A DNA stretch of 64,000 nucleotides from Zygnema circumcarinatum SAG 698-1b (Eukaryota > Plantae > Zygnematophyceae): assembly GCA_037447605.1 (NCBI GenBank), contig CM074818.1:1252617-1316616 (forward strand), read 5' to 3'. The notes below the pieces were generated by a model. It was not told the DNA's origin. It was given only the letters and a program-made list of their open reading frames with translations, and made no database searches. The translations under genes and the position numbers were made by a program. Positions 50,401-63,905 of this stretch are shown in pieces (position 1 is the first letter of the stretch; every line of letters begins with the position of its first letter).

Positions 50401-53400
50401 CTACCTCCAAAGTATCCCGTGGGTGCACAGTATGTTCCAGAGCAAAGCAGCAAAGAAGGAGAGAAACGTACGGAAGACGGCGAAGCCCACGTGCGGTGGT
50501 CCTCGAAGTGCACGTGCACGCGCTCCGCGTTCACTTCCGGCAGGCCGAGGTCCAGAGGGCCCTGCCCGTCCGCAGCCTCCACAGACTGCCAGGCAGACCC
50601 GCTCTACCGCTTGCCTTCACTCGCTGCTCTAAAGCTGAGCAGCAGCAACAACAATTCGGCCTGGACAAGGCCTGCATAGCATAGCGTAGCCTAGCGTAGC
50701 ATAGCGTAGCCTAGCGTAGCCTAGCGTAGCCTAGCGTAGCCTAGCGTAGCCTAGCATAGCATAGCGTAGCCTAGCGTAGCATAGCGTAGCATAGCGTAGC
50801 CTAGCGTAGCCTAGCGTAGCCTAGCGTAGCCTAGCGTAGCCTAGCGTAGCCTAGCGTAGCCTAGCGTAGCCTAGCGTAGCCTAGCGTAGCATAGCGTAGC
50901 CTAGCGTAGCCTAGCGTAGCCTAGCGTAGCCTAGCGTGGCCTGGCGTGGCCTAGCGTAGCCTGGCGTGGCCTGGCGTGGCATGGCGTGGCCTGGCGTGGC
51001 GTGGCCTGGCGTGGCCTGGCGTGGCATGGCGTGGCCTGGCGTAGCCTGGCGTGGCATGGCGTGGCCTGGCGTGGCGTGGCCTGGCGTGGCCTGGCGTGGC
51101 ATGGCGTGGCCTGGCATGGCTTGGCATGGCTTGGCCTGGCGTGGCATGGCTTGGCCTGGCATGGCGTGGCATGGCTTGGCATGGCGTGGCCTGGCGTGGC
51201 CTGGCGTGGCCTGGCGTGGCCTGGCGTGGCCTAGCGTAGCCTGGCGTGGCCTGGCGTAGCATGGCGTGGCCTGGCGTGGCCTGGCGTAGCCTGGCGTGGC
51301 ATGGCGTGGCCTGGCGTGGCCTGGCGTGGCCTGGCGTGGCATGGCGTGGCCTGGCGTGGCATGGCGTGGCCTGGCGTAGCATGGCGTAGCCTAGCGTAGC
51401 CTAGCGTAGCATAGCGTAGCCTAGCGTAGCCTAGCGTAGCATAGCGTAGCCTAGCGTAGCATAGCGTAGCCTAGCGTAGCCTAGCGTAGCCTAGCGTAGC
51501 CTAGCGTAGCATAGCGTAGCCTAGCGTAGCATAGCGTAGCCTAGCGTAGCCTAGCGTAGCATAGCGTAGCCTAGCGTAGCATAGCGTAGCCTAGCGTAGC
51601 ATAGCGTAGCCTAGCGTAGCCTAGCGTAGCCTAGCGTAGCATAGCGTAGCCTAGCGTAGCCTAGCGTAGCATACCATACGGCCGGTACCAACCCGCACCT
51701 GCAGTACGTACAGAAACTCCCTCAAGAAGGTGGCCTGCATGGTGGGCGACTGGTGGCTGCAGGCGAGCAGGCGCAGGAAGAACGTCACGGCATCATTGTA
51801 GCTCCCCAGAAACGCCGATAGTCTGCAAAAGCAGCGTGGAGGAGGCTCACAGTTTGTTTTGTCCAATCTCCTTTACAAACAGTGAGCTGTGCAAGCCGTG
51901 AAAAGGAGGACATGAGGCAGGCATAGTTCAACAATGTGAACATTGGACAGACGTCCTGGTCTGTCTGGCCATCAAAAGAGGCTTAGAAGAAATGGAGGGT
52001 AACACTACCTGCCAAGAGTGAAGTTGCAATGGTCACTAATGTAATTCCATCCCCGCCCTTCATACACACCGGTAACATATGTGTACGCACGAATGGCATG
52101 CTTTCTCTGCATGTAGAAACAATTTTGTACTCTAATGAGATATTCGCTAGAAAAATTGCCCCATGAATGAATACGCTCATCAATAACCCCAACACACCCA
52201 ACCCAAAGGTGAAGCACATTGTACAAAGATACAGAATTCTTCCCAAGGATTTGATCCACACAAAGTGTCAAGTTGAAAACATGATTCACTTGCACTTGAA
52301 GCAAAGCCAGCCCGTCGGCACGTCGAAGCAAAGCTTGAGAAACGCACCTGCGCTGAGAGATTGTAGCGATTGCCAGCCAACACCATGTGAAAGCCATATT
52401 TGCGAAGCATCATGGGTTCAGCCAAAAGGAAACAGTAGCCCGCCTGCTCTAGGAGCAGTCCCGCTCGTAAATTTGACTCCTGAACATCCCCACTTCCTGC
52501 AGAGATCATGGATAAATCCATGCAATCCCTCCCTCACCAGCCTCCTTTTGCAGCATTGCTCTGACAAGACCTGAACCATTGACCACTCCTTCTCCTCTTC
52601 TCCTCCAGTCCCCGTTGCCCACCCCCNNNNNNNNNNCCCTCCTCACCCTTGCAGTCGTCGGCCCTCACCTCGAGCGAAGCGCGCATGAGCGCGGCCGCCG
52701 CCTCCCGGGCGTGTCCCCGCGCCCTGAGCACGCCCGCGAGGCGGAGCGCGGTCCGGGTCGCATAGCGCGAGCCGATTGGGCCCGCCCTCTGCAGCGCTGC
52801 CCCCCAAGGGGGATTTTCCGTCAACCCGTAACAGTAGCTTGCTTGCAAACCAAGCATTTCAGAGGGCAGGTCTAACATTTTTTAGGAGAGGCAGCATTGT
52901 CATTATCGAAGAAAGTCCGCGTGCTGCCTATGCTATGACAGAATGATTTCGGTGAGAAAACAGCAATATAAGGGACAGTAACATCTGTCATTATCCAGGG
53001 CGTTTTTATGAAGTTGGTTCACATGCGTTGCATGAACGGCGGGGAAGGGCTCAGCAACCCAACCCTTCCTCCTTAGGCGGACTAATGTGTACATAGAAAA
53101 AGACCTAGCCATCAACGTATATGTAAGCAGAGGAAAAGAGCGTTACCTGGTAGAAAGTGTAGGCACTTTCCATGCACTGCTCTGTTTCCCTGCGTGACTG
53201 GTCCAGCAGGAAAAGGCAAATGCCAATCATCTCCTGCCCCTCCTCCCCAATCAAATAACACACAGTTGAGGACTCCGCTCCACATCCCGAACAGCGAGTA
53301 CAGCTGCAATTACAGCTTGTAAGATCTGCCCATTTTTATCGGAACAGAACAGCCATAGCATGCAGAGTCATGCACCCATCGAGCCACCTGCCACGTCAAA

Positions 53401-56400
53401 CTATAGATTCACCTGCACTCCAGCGTAATGCTTCCAGGCTTTGTCCGTTCGATAATCAGATGCCAATAACCGGTAATTCGATAGTGCTAGTTCGTAATCT
53501 CTAAGCATGAAGGAATAGTCCGCCAGGACTCTAATTTGAGACTCCATGGATTTGTACGTATACCTGCGATGCCAAGCAAACCTCCCAAAGGCACAAACGG
53601 GAAAAAAGGTGAGGTGTTTTTTGGCAATCAGACTATAATAAGCCCAGAGAAGACTTCAGCAAGCAAACCCAATCTTGCTGTTCAAAGCTGTTCAGCGATT
53701 CTGACAAACGGAACTCTGGACTTTGCCAACCCACAAAACTGGTCACCCACCCGCCAAGTGGGGTTTCTTCATCTTTTCCTTTCCGAAACCAAAGATTCTT
53801 GATCTGGTTTCGTAGCCCTTTCCGATTGGCCACAACCTGCAACCACAAAGCGCAGTCATACATCGTAAGTCAGGAGAGTATTCCAATCTAAAGCTTTCTA
53901 ACATGCTCCTCCTGTATCGTATCACGTCCTCCCTTGTGGTTTCAAGAAAAAGGGACTGCCTTTGATGCTTACTTGATGGTTGTGTTCTCGCACTTTGTGC
54001 TCCATGTGCGGAATGATCCGCTGTACGACAAGTTCTTTCATGAATTCTGCAATCTGCATCCCCATGCATCATCGCATGAGCAGAGCCCCCACCTCCGCGT
54101 TCCGTCATTCATTGCGGCGTCAGGATCACTCGGCCACTCACCTGAAGGGTGTCGGCATCTGAGATGAACTGGCCCACGTGGATGCTGCCGGCACCTTCGC
54201 CCTCCTGCAGATCCGAACAAAGCTAGAGATGAATAGGAGAAGTTTATTTCTGAAAGGTAACAAGACAAACCTAAAGGAAAGCAGAGACGCAAGCAGACGA
54301 AAACTAACACTTAACATGTAGACAGAAGTGGGGTGACCGACAGAAAGAAGCTAAAACACAAGTGCGACGACGACATCAAGGACAGACATACTTTTTTTTC
54401 CTTGTAAGGACCAACTATTCTCTTTAGAAAAAAGTGGGCCAAGGGCAGAACCTTGTGTGCAGGCACACAAGGTCGTGATAGGCAACTAGGCCTAGTTTTG
54501 TCGATTAATAGCCCAAGAAGACACCCATGCCTGTCCTCTTCAAATCCTTATAGCGGGACTATTGATTATCAAACTGTAGCAACGCAAAACTATAGACATT
54601 GGACAGAAAAGAGCTGCAATACCGAACCTCTCTTGGGGACTTATTCGGCCTTGCTGGGCCAACAACGGGCTCTCTCAACCGACTCCAAATATCCTCACGA
54701 TGCAGGTCCGGTGTTTGCAGAGAATTGATGGCTAGAACATGGCAATTGGCCGCTCCATATGCGGCCCGCATCAGCGCAAACTTGGAGTCCGTACTGCGCA
54801 AGACCCATGTCATGCCCAGCCCTCGTCTTAGCCTCAACAGAGCTGCTTTCTCGTCCAACCAAGGAACCGCCGCATCAAGGAGAAGTGATAGAGATAGGTT
54901 TAAGAGAGTGATATCGAGTCTCTAGCTCCATAAAGCCAAAATCCAGTTCAAAGCTTAAGTCTAGATAGGGCCGGTTTGCAACCCCGTGCCCACAAAGAGC
55001 CAATGAATAAAACCTACTTGGAGAATCTATCATGCACTAACACATTAATGTCCTCAGGACACCGCCTAGGGCCCAGGAAAATACTCCAACGCACAGGCAT
55101 TTGCTAAACCTATGCACCAAATACACTATTCAACTAAAGGAAGGCTTTGCACATGTGGCGGTTATTGGAATCAAACACCGGAAACAAGTATTCACTATTC
55201 GATGCCAGAGAATCCAAGCCCTACCCACATTAAGGAACTGCCGGCTACACACTAAAATTTCACCACTGCTTGAAAAAGGCAAAGCAAGGCCCAAAGCCAA
55301 AGCCAAAGCCAAAGCTTATCGCGAGGGTTCACATGTTGTCAGTAGGCAGTCTGACAGTGGGTACCTTTCTATAGGCCCTGTTTGCAGGTCGTGGAACAAA
55401 ATGTAGTGCTTGTGGATGTTGGGGTCCATGATGCCGGTGCGAAGCAGGCTCGGTAAAGTGCGTTCTGTGTACAGCTCTTGGAAGCAGCTCAGGGGATCGC
55501 TGTCATCCGATGACGCCACCACGAGGCCTGATCCAATGAGAGCAAGAAAGCACTCGCTGGGACTTCAAATGCCCCTCACAGTGCAAATTGCACGCCACCT
55601 TTGACAAGCTAAGCCTGCAAGATCTGAGCATAGTAACCATAATGCAGCCAAAACTCGTTGCATGTATCTAGTGCTACCCTTCCTCAAGGTACGATTCAGT
55701 GCAGTTGAAGTCAGATTCTCTTTCGTCACAAGTTCCCGTGCAAATCCATTGTGCATTTGGAAATAGAGCCACTCTTTCAAACTGTGAGTTTCAGTCATGA
55801 CTGCCACAGTACAATGTCATGCAACATCCTAGCGATATAAAGAAACTCAAGTTGAAAATAGAACTATACACATTTCAACACCAGTTTTGATCATGCTATA
55901 AGTCCATCGCGTGATCAAGCTGTCTTCATCCTCCACCGGGTGCAAACCAAAGCTTTGATAAATCCAGATTGGATTGAACTGCATGAAACAATCAATGGTT
56001 TCCTGGAGTAGAAAGAAGCTCACAAGCCACAGGATGATCGATCGTCTCATGGTCCGAAAAGCGCAACATTCGGATAAATTCACTCGAATACCGCTGAAAC
56101 CACGAGCTTCTTGATTCTGACCTGGCCACTGGCAGAAATCACACAGATATCACTCCAGTGGATGGTCAAAACAAAAGCCAAAAACATCCCATTTGGGCTA
56201 TGGCTGAAGACAAAAGGATAAAGGTGGTACAATCTCAAAAACAGAAAAAAATGATGTATTTGTACAGACTGTGCCACAGCCGACGGAGATTAGTCTTGTG
56301 AATCAAACTAAACTCTTAAGACAAACAAATCTCGGCGAAAAATATTTGCGAAAAGAGGCATTGGTTTAGGCCTTGCTAGATCATTAAGTTACTTAATTAC

Positions 56401-58092
56401 TTACTTTAATTTACAGTTAAGTTCAAGGTACTTCAAACAAGAGTGCGCCTCTTGTCACATCCCAGTTACGCATGAACGAGCTAATTGAAATAGATTATTT
56501 TATTGATGAACAAAAATGATTATCACTACAGCTAGGAAATGATGAGCTCGCCAATGTTGCCAGCAGGCAAGCAGGCAATAGGGGTCAAGAAGAAAAAATT
56601 GCAGCTCAGATTCTAGAAGCAAACAGAAGTCTAAGGTTATCAAATTCAGTTGGACTGAACGTCAACAATCACTAAGTTCACGAAAAGGCTTAGTGAAAAA
56701 AAGGGGCCTGTTTCTGGTACAAAAAGGTGGTTGAGCTGCCTCTTTCAACTATTGTCGACCTACAGAAACTATCAAAGGTGCAACCTCAAATGCTTCCAAA
56801 ACGTCAGAGTTCAACTGCTTTGATTTAATAGCTCCCGTTCTTCAATCAATTATTACTAAATTACAATAGGTTTACAGGAATGAACTGACGAGTTGTGATA
56901 ATCCTCTCAATTCGCTGAACTGCACCCCATAATTTCTAGAATTTTGCACTGAATAATTGAACCCCTGGTCAAGCTTGAGTACTGTTGCATTTACGAAGGA
57001 GAACCCATAAGACTGTCAGGGAAACCGTTTATGTTTTCTCACAACTATTTAAACAGTCATTGTCTTGACCAAGGATCCCCTCGTGCATTAAGTCCGCCAA
57101 CGACATAGGTCATGCCTAAAAAGGATTTATGAACCTCACGGGCTTCCACGCATACTACGCCAATTGGCCGCACCCACAGGGCCCTTAAGCTGTAAGTTCT
57201 TCAATGACTTTAAAAGGTTCCGGTAATTTGATCTTTTGGAAAATATGGTAGGCAGCAGGATGCTTACTGGCCAATATAGCTTGAATATCATGAGGATCGC
57301 CATTGAGCTCTGCTGCAGCTGCATCACTAAAGTTGGTGACAAGACTAGTAAGATGCTCTTCTGCCGCCTGCACGATCAGAAACCCATACAGCTTTCAAGC
57401 TTAGGCATTTGCAGATATGCATATAAAATAAGCCGGCATTGAATAAGAAAATACATTTTAACTAACAAACAGCTTAAATAAAGAAAACGATTGTATGCAT
57501 GAAACACCCTGTAGCTTCATTCTCAAGTGGAGTGACTAATATTTTTCTCGCTTCGACATCCAGTTGCAGTCATTCTCTATCAGTTTATCTCGGAAACGTA
57601 GCATGTTCGCCAGTCGAGCCTGAGCTCCAATGTCAGATTGACGGCGTGAAATACCTCTATTGAAGGCTGTGCGATGTCTCCCACCGAAAACACTCGCAAC
57701 CGAAAATCTTGAAGGCGATACGGCTGCTCTCCAGCCGTTCTCACAGGAACTGCGCCACAGCACCATTCACAGCGTTACACGGTTGCCCGCTTTCTCTGAT
57801 GGGCGCGGCCATTTGGCGCTGCATTTCCTCGACAGCCTCAGCAGGATCAAAGTGCCAGCTTTAGCTTTCACGAATACATACTGTTAATGTTCTGAAGCTC
57901 CGAGTGTGCTTGAAAAAGGTCAACCAGAGTAAGTCCGTTCTTCAGGCAAGTCGAATCCGCGGCAGACGTGCTCAGAATAAAGATCGTCGGAGCCGCCTCT
58001 CTATAAATAGACTCCGCCACGATGCTGCTGAGCGCTGGGCGGTGAGGACTAGGGCGGGAGGCCGGCGAGGGAGTCCCTGTGAGCAGCTCCAT
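44447..58092 (-). CDS. TRS85: Trafficking protein particle complex III subunit TRAPPC8/Trs85. Complete, multi-exon.
   Basis: ATG at 58092. Exons give ..[125 protein letters not shown]...[67 protein letters not shown] and GHPFLCLV (stop 44447). Confidence 0.93.
50677..51671. repeat. ~1-kb intronic pentanucleotide satellite: (TAGCS/TAGCA)n flanks with a (TGGCN)n core
   Basis: Read directly from the sequence; the TGGC-type core spans about 50937-51385. It lies in a TRAPPC8 intron. Confidence 0.97.
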
Positions 58093-59000
58093 GGCTGCCT
58101 TTCGAGCGCAGGGAGAGCTCCTGAACGGTGCTCGCACCGCCTCCTATTAGGGACAAAGCAGGAAGGCAGTTCGGCAGGCCCTTCACGTGTGCGCCGTTCA
58201 GACCTTCGTTAGCCGTTACGAGGCACTGTGAAACGGCGTCTCCATGTGCGTGGGTGGGTTTGGGGACTCTGGCTGTTGGGGTTCGCAAGGCGAAAGGCTC
58301 ATATTCGCTGGAAATAAGAGTGAAAATGGAGTGGGGGGATCACCTCAGCCCGGGAGCCCACCCGCTTGAAGCTGGGCAGTTATTTAAGAACTTCTGATCG
58401 CAATAATGCTGACACATGCATGGGACGTTCACACGAGACGTGCCAAATTTGGGGGGCAAAAGATGATTGAGGCATTGGTATGCATGCCCAATCCATGAGA
58501 GGCCAACACAGACCATGCTGAGAACGAACATCCAAAAGTTTGCCGAAAGGAGGAGCTTCCACAATTCCTAGGAGAGCTCTGCCCAGCTAGAACACACTCT
58601 CTGAAGGCTACGCCTGTTTCGCGCTCGAAATGATAAGGTGACTAAACTAACCTAGAGCTTCAGCTTCTTCTGCCATACGCTCTGCACCGGGACATTTGCA
58701 ATGCAAGCGGAGCCAAAGCACTACATTCCCGGCCCTGCCAAAATGGCCCACTCCCACCAATCTTTTGCCGCGCTCCAGTGATGCCGATGCTGGGACAGCA
58801 CATAGGAGGCCCCCCCCCCCCCGTTGACCTCCACTAGCTTTCTTGAATGCTTGACATGCACTGTCCCTGCATTAAATCCTACGAGGCAGAAAGACCTCAC
58901 CTGCCTGTCTACAGCTTACCAAGTCTAGCGAAAGAAGGAGCTAATGCCACTATGGGCCACTTGCAAACGACCTGGCATGTCCCCAGAAGTGAGGAGGCCG

Positions 59001-61648
59001 TCAGTAGAAGCAGATGTTGTACATGGGGGTCTGCTTGCACTGCTTCTCAAACCTGCACATTAGGCCTTCTACCTCATCTTCCCAGTCATCGATGTCTTCC
59101 AGCTGCAAGACCGAAGGAGGAATTCCCCAGGCACAACACACCAGATTCATGTTAGCTCATAAGGTCCTGCATACCGACTACCTCCCCGAACTGTTAAAAA
59201 AATCCTTCGACAGGCACTTTCAGCATGTTGGAATAATCAAGATAGGCCTCACAGGTGATTTGAAAACGAGTCTAGACTTTCTTTCACACATGATTGTGGT
59301 AAGGCTCAATCCCAGACCTCCTGTGGCTCGGGCGACAGGCTCCTGTGCTTTTAAAAAGGACTAAGAGGACATTGCTGCCTAAAATTCAGGGGTAAGGAAT
59401 CTTCTTGTAAATGCTCATTCCCTGAAGTAGAACTGGAATCGTTTCCTGATCCTTAACTCCTTGTACTTTACTGGAGTTCAATGTTTGCTTCGAATCCTCA
59501 CCATTTGACACAACTGCAGAGCCAGCTTAGCTCCTAGAGCAGCTTCTTCGTGATTATCTCGCACGTCAAGGTTGATCACGAGAACACACCGCAGCAATTG
59601 TCCTCCCCGATTTAACAAGTCTGTAAAAACGCAGCCGAAGAAAGGTCACTCCCTTTCACGAATTTCTGGAACAAACGTAGCCGTGAGATGGCAGTTCTTA
59701 GTCTATGAAGCTAAGCCAACTACAATATGGACAACAAGAATTTCTAAAAACATTACAATGTTCAGCACAAGCTTGTCAGTGACGAATTTCCCGCATAAAA
59801 AACCTGACAGATTCGCTCATCGTTTGACTCCTATTCGACCACCGTAAGTCACAAAGGGTCAAAGCTTAAGCAGCTCCATCGCTTGCTGAAAAAATACAGC
59901 AAATTGAAACTACTCAAGCTGCAGAAAATTTCAACTTAGTGCCCACTGAATGATGAGCATTATTGACGAGAGATGTTCAGACCATTAATCTGTTTAGCGT
60001 AAGAGCACGCCCTGAAAGATGCGTCAAGGATCGAATGTCAAGTGCTTATCAACTATCACGTATCTGCCATAGTCAGCTACCACGCATAATCACTGCACAT
60101 CCCTGCAGCTTCACCTACAGCTTTCTGTACAGTGAGTGGAGAAAGTTTTGACGAAACTTCCCCTATTTCTATTTCTACACCTTCCTCCTGTTGAGACGAG
60201 TCAGGATTTTGTTGAATTCTACTGGATGACTGGCAAGCAGTACGATGCTTCGCATACAAGCTCGTCACTTCTGGGGCATCAGCACATCCAGCTCACGCCA
60301 TCCATCCATTAAATTCATCTCGGTGGATAAAAGATACACCTTTACCAACATTCACTCATTCTGTTGACATTATCGTCAATCTCCAACGATTTCATTTCTC
60401 ACTCAGCCTGTGAAAATGTCCAGATCAAGGGCTGATTATGAATTACGACTCTATTCTCACTGCTGCTGCAGGTAGCTCGTTCAGCACAGCTTTACACATG
60501 ACATTGAACAAAGTGCCTGACTTCATTGGTCTAAGCTATGGGTTTGGTCGTATGTCAACGTCAAAATCTCCTAAACCTTCAAGTTCTCATCAACTGCTTT
60601 TCGAGAAGGTATCTTGCTGAACCCTGACACTAAGGAACACTACGTGTTAGTAAAGATGACATCATCGAAAGGAGCAGTCTTGATGTTTCGGAAGTCCCCC
60701 TTGCGTGCCCGCGTTGGAGGAGACATTATCGAATCGATTATGTGCGCTCCAAGCATGCAGTGTGTGTCGATTATATGCCAGATGCCTTATCGCTTCCACA
60801 ATGGAGCTTCATATCGTCCCAAGGACCAAAAACCAGAAACCAAAAGAACATCGCCAATATATTTACTTCCCAAGAGGAGAAGCAAAATAGTCTGATCAAT
60901 AATGTCTGCGGATGTTACACATCGGAGCCAGTCCATAGCCCCAAGTATCAAAATTTCCTCAAGGGATCAATGACAGGAAAAATACCTTCGTTAACAATAT
61001 CAAAAACGCGTTCTTCAAAGGTGAGCACCACATCAAATACACCATCACCTGCATTCTCCTGCCACCTTTGTGGCGCCTCTTTCACAGCCAGGTTTCTTTT
61101 CAACATTTGAAGTAAGCCATTTCTCTTGTAGCTGCAAGGGTCTCAGGTCAAGGATAGACTTCAAATCAAAACTTGGGCCTCTTAAAGCGCTGATTAAAAC
61201 GCCGGATACCTAGATACAACAGCCTCTAATGACCTCTCAGGGAATAAGTGATGAGAATAAATTTTTGGAAATGCTCACAGGATCCCCCATACTTAACAAT
61301 TTGGCGTAAGGAACGCAAATTCACATAAGTTAAAATCCAAAGCGAGAGTAACTCGACCACAGTCGACAAAATCTGCTTCGGCCATTCCCCAAAAACTAAA
61401 CTATTCACGTACATCAAGGATTAAAAAGGATACAGGTCAGGATCCTTCGATTTTAGCTCCTCAAACATCCGTCTGTATGGAGTACCAAACTGATATATAT
61501 TTGGCTCTCTCGCGCTTGGTCCTGGGAGCTTGACATGTGTTCCGGTCCCATAGGATTCCACATTGAATCCATGCTTTAACAGAATTGCATGGGCTTCCAT
61601 ACTTCGATTCTGGTTTGAAGCACAAACCATTGCATAACGCCTCCTCAT
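59001..61648 (-). CDS. SSU72: RNA polymerase II CTD phosphatase Ssu72 (4 coding exons: 61434-61648, 60986-61131, 59502-59620, 59001-59102)
   Basis: MVCASNQNRSMEAH (CX5R motif), SYGTGTHVKLPGPS, YKRNGLLQMLKRN...APQRWQ, FDVVLTFEERVFD, VINLDVRDNHEEAALGA, DWEDEVE...NICFY*. Confidence 0.97.
61132..61433 (-). other. U12-type (minor spliceosome) GT-AG intron in SSU72
   Basis: 5' splice site GTATCCTTT at 61433-61425. Branch motif TCCTTGAC at 61154-61147, about 15 nt before the AG. Splicing restores ..DL|YKRNG. Confidence 0.9.
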
Positions 61649-62177
61649 TGCATCTGATGTTCAGCCAATAACAATTAAGTCCTATAGTAACTCCACGAGC
61701 ATCGTTCTCTAACTGGCTGAGACACTCTTCATCAGTGACAACTGAAAATGAGTCCAGCTGCTGTTTTCGCTGCCAATTTACCGCTTCATTCTGCCCGGAT
61801 GAGCTATAACGAATCGGTTTCCATTGCCCGAAAAATTGAACCCTTTGCTGAACTTACAAAAGTCGTCTACTGAAAAAACTAGATGTAATGACGAGATATA
61901 TCACGCCCGCGTCCTCCGTTGAGCCCGATTGTAGAGTTCTTCGAGAAGCTCTCTTTTTAAAGATGCTGCTCCATGTCTGCCAGGCCGTCGAACCCTAACT
62001 TGACGACCTCATTACGAGTGCACGGCAAGAAAGAATGCTCGCGAGCGCAGCAGTAGTAGCAGCAGCAGCAGTAGCAGCAGGTCACCTTTGTAAGAATTGG
62101 GCCAAGAGACGGCGAACTCCCAAGGGGCATCCGCATCCGTTTGACTTGCAACTTGGCCTGCAACAAAACCCTAGAAC

Positions 62178-63425
62178 AACCAACGGCAATGGTTGGTAAC
62201 TCCACCAACAAATGGTTGCTATCATGGGCAACCAACGGTTGCAGCGGCCGCAATGGTTGACTGGCTCTGCTAAGCCGATATTGCCGTTTGCGACCAGTTC
62301 CTCGAGGTTCCCCATGCTGATTTTGTTCATGTACATTTTATGGCTTCGCCATCGTGAGATCAATGCCACTTCCATTGCCCCTAGGACATATACATACATA
62401 CATACACAAAAAATGACCCAAGAGCCCCGCTCCCTCCTCGCGATGTGCCTCAAATCGGTGACCTTCGCGGCTGCTTCTAGGGCTGCGTTGTTGTGCCTAG
62501 GGGTAGTTTTCCGCTCTTAGTTTCGTTTCTTTGTGTTTAGGTCCTTTGCGACCTCGTGGTTCCACATTTTGCTCTTGTCCATGTACATTTGATGGCCTCG
62601 CCATCGTGAGTTCAATGAATTTTTTCCCCTGTTTGGGTCCCAAGAGGCTGTTTATACGTACATACATAACATACCGTACATGTTACCAGTTTTCAGCCAC
62701 ATGGAATGACCGTCGTCAGCCTCAAGCCTGTCCATGTATCCAACTGCCAGTTTGCCACATATCCCCAGTTTCCCGAAATCTCGCACACAGCTATCCAACG
62801 GTCACATATCTCATGACTTTCCAGGTGGCTTATCCAACGGTCACTCGCCCGAAATCTTGCTCGCGACTATCCAACGGTCTGAAGCTCACTTTTGGACACT
62901 TGGCGTATCCAACGGCCACTGTTTCGAAATCGCGTACGCGCTTATCCAACGGTCGAAATGAACGTGGCACATCCAACGGCCCTTTGTCAACGGCCATTTC
63001 CCCAAAATCTCGAAAGCTGTTTCCCAACGGTCCAGATCTGCGTACACGTCACACGTGACGTATCCAACGGCCACTGTCCCGAAACTTGCACCATCCAGCG
63101 GCCTCACGTAGCCTGTTTCAATTGTCGCTACCATAAAAATCTCGTAGTGATTGTGCCGTTGGCCCAGTCTGGGAACCAGTGGTTGGCCCTGATTGGCAAC
63201 CAATAGTTGGCCCTGACTGGCAACCAATAGTTGGCCCTGACTGGCAACCAGTAGTTGGCCCTGACTGGCAACCAAACATCGGCGTAGCAGAGCCAGTCGA
63301 CCATTGTCAATGGTTGCCGCCTCTGCAACCGTTGATTGCCAATGTTTGCCGCCTCTGCAACCGCTGATTGCCAATGGTTGCAACCATTGGTTTGTGGACT
63401 TAGCAACCATTGCCGTTGGTTGAAG
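62178..63425. repeat. Non-autonomous transposon-like segment: imperfect inverted repeats enclosing a ~38-bp-period ATCCAACGG array and a 24-bp tandem repeat
   Basis: About 62178-62290 is a diverged reverse complement of about 63275-63425. ATCCAACGG-like motifs recur at 62790-63100. GTTGGCCCTGACTGGCAACCAATA occurs about four times at 63180-63275. Confidence 0.65.
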
Positions 63426-63754
63426 CTATTTGCTTGGAAATGGTTGCGAACCATTGGCAAACAGCGGTTAGCCATCCGTTGCAAATCCAATGGTTTGTGT
63501 GCAGCAAAGCATACACTATGTTCCTAGTACGTGAGGTAATTTATGCAGACGTTTTGACATCACTCGTTTATATGCAATTTTGGCCCCATGTTCGATCCGG
63601 ACACCCCATGTTACAGTCAGCCAGTCTAGCTATGAAGGTGGCTTGGCGTGACATGCGTGTCACGTGACGCGGTGAGTCGTCATAAACTACTGCAATAGCA
63701 AACTCCACTCGCACCGCACTTGAAAAAAAACTCCAAGACTTTGCACATCAATGA

Positions 63755-63905
63755 TCCATCCATCCATGCATCCACCCCTCCATCCCTCCAACCATCCATG
63801 CATCCATCCCTCCATCCATCCATGCATCCATCCATCCATCCCTCCATCCATTCATGCATCCATCCATGCATCCATCCCTCCATCTTCCATCCATGCATAC
63901 ATCCA
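63755..63905. repeat. (CATC/ATCC)n microsatellite-like tract
   Basis: Read directly from the sequence. Confidence 0.9.

Larger units (their letters stand above)
20889..52636. other. Assembly gaps (10 N each) at 20889, 25678, 27690, 28353, 31953, 32634, 37343 and 52627
   Basis: Runs of N. ORFs in the track that cross them are chimeric. Confidence 0.99.

Noticed and set aside
50911-51382. ORFs such as ([10 protein letters not shown])n and (AWPGV)n
   Set aside because: They are by-products of the 5-bp satellite inside a TRAPPC8 intron, on both strands, with no gene context.
5231-58092. TML and TRAPPC8 as a membrane-trafficking gene cluster
   Set aside because: They are separated by more than 30 kb of TEs and unrelated genes. 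There is no evidence of co-regulation, and two trafficking genes nearby is unremarkable.
62780-63280. Regularly spaced short repeats that look superficially CRISPR-like
   Set aside because: The locus is eukaryotic, the repeats are short and degenerate, spacers resemble each other or are absent, and there are no cas genes.
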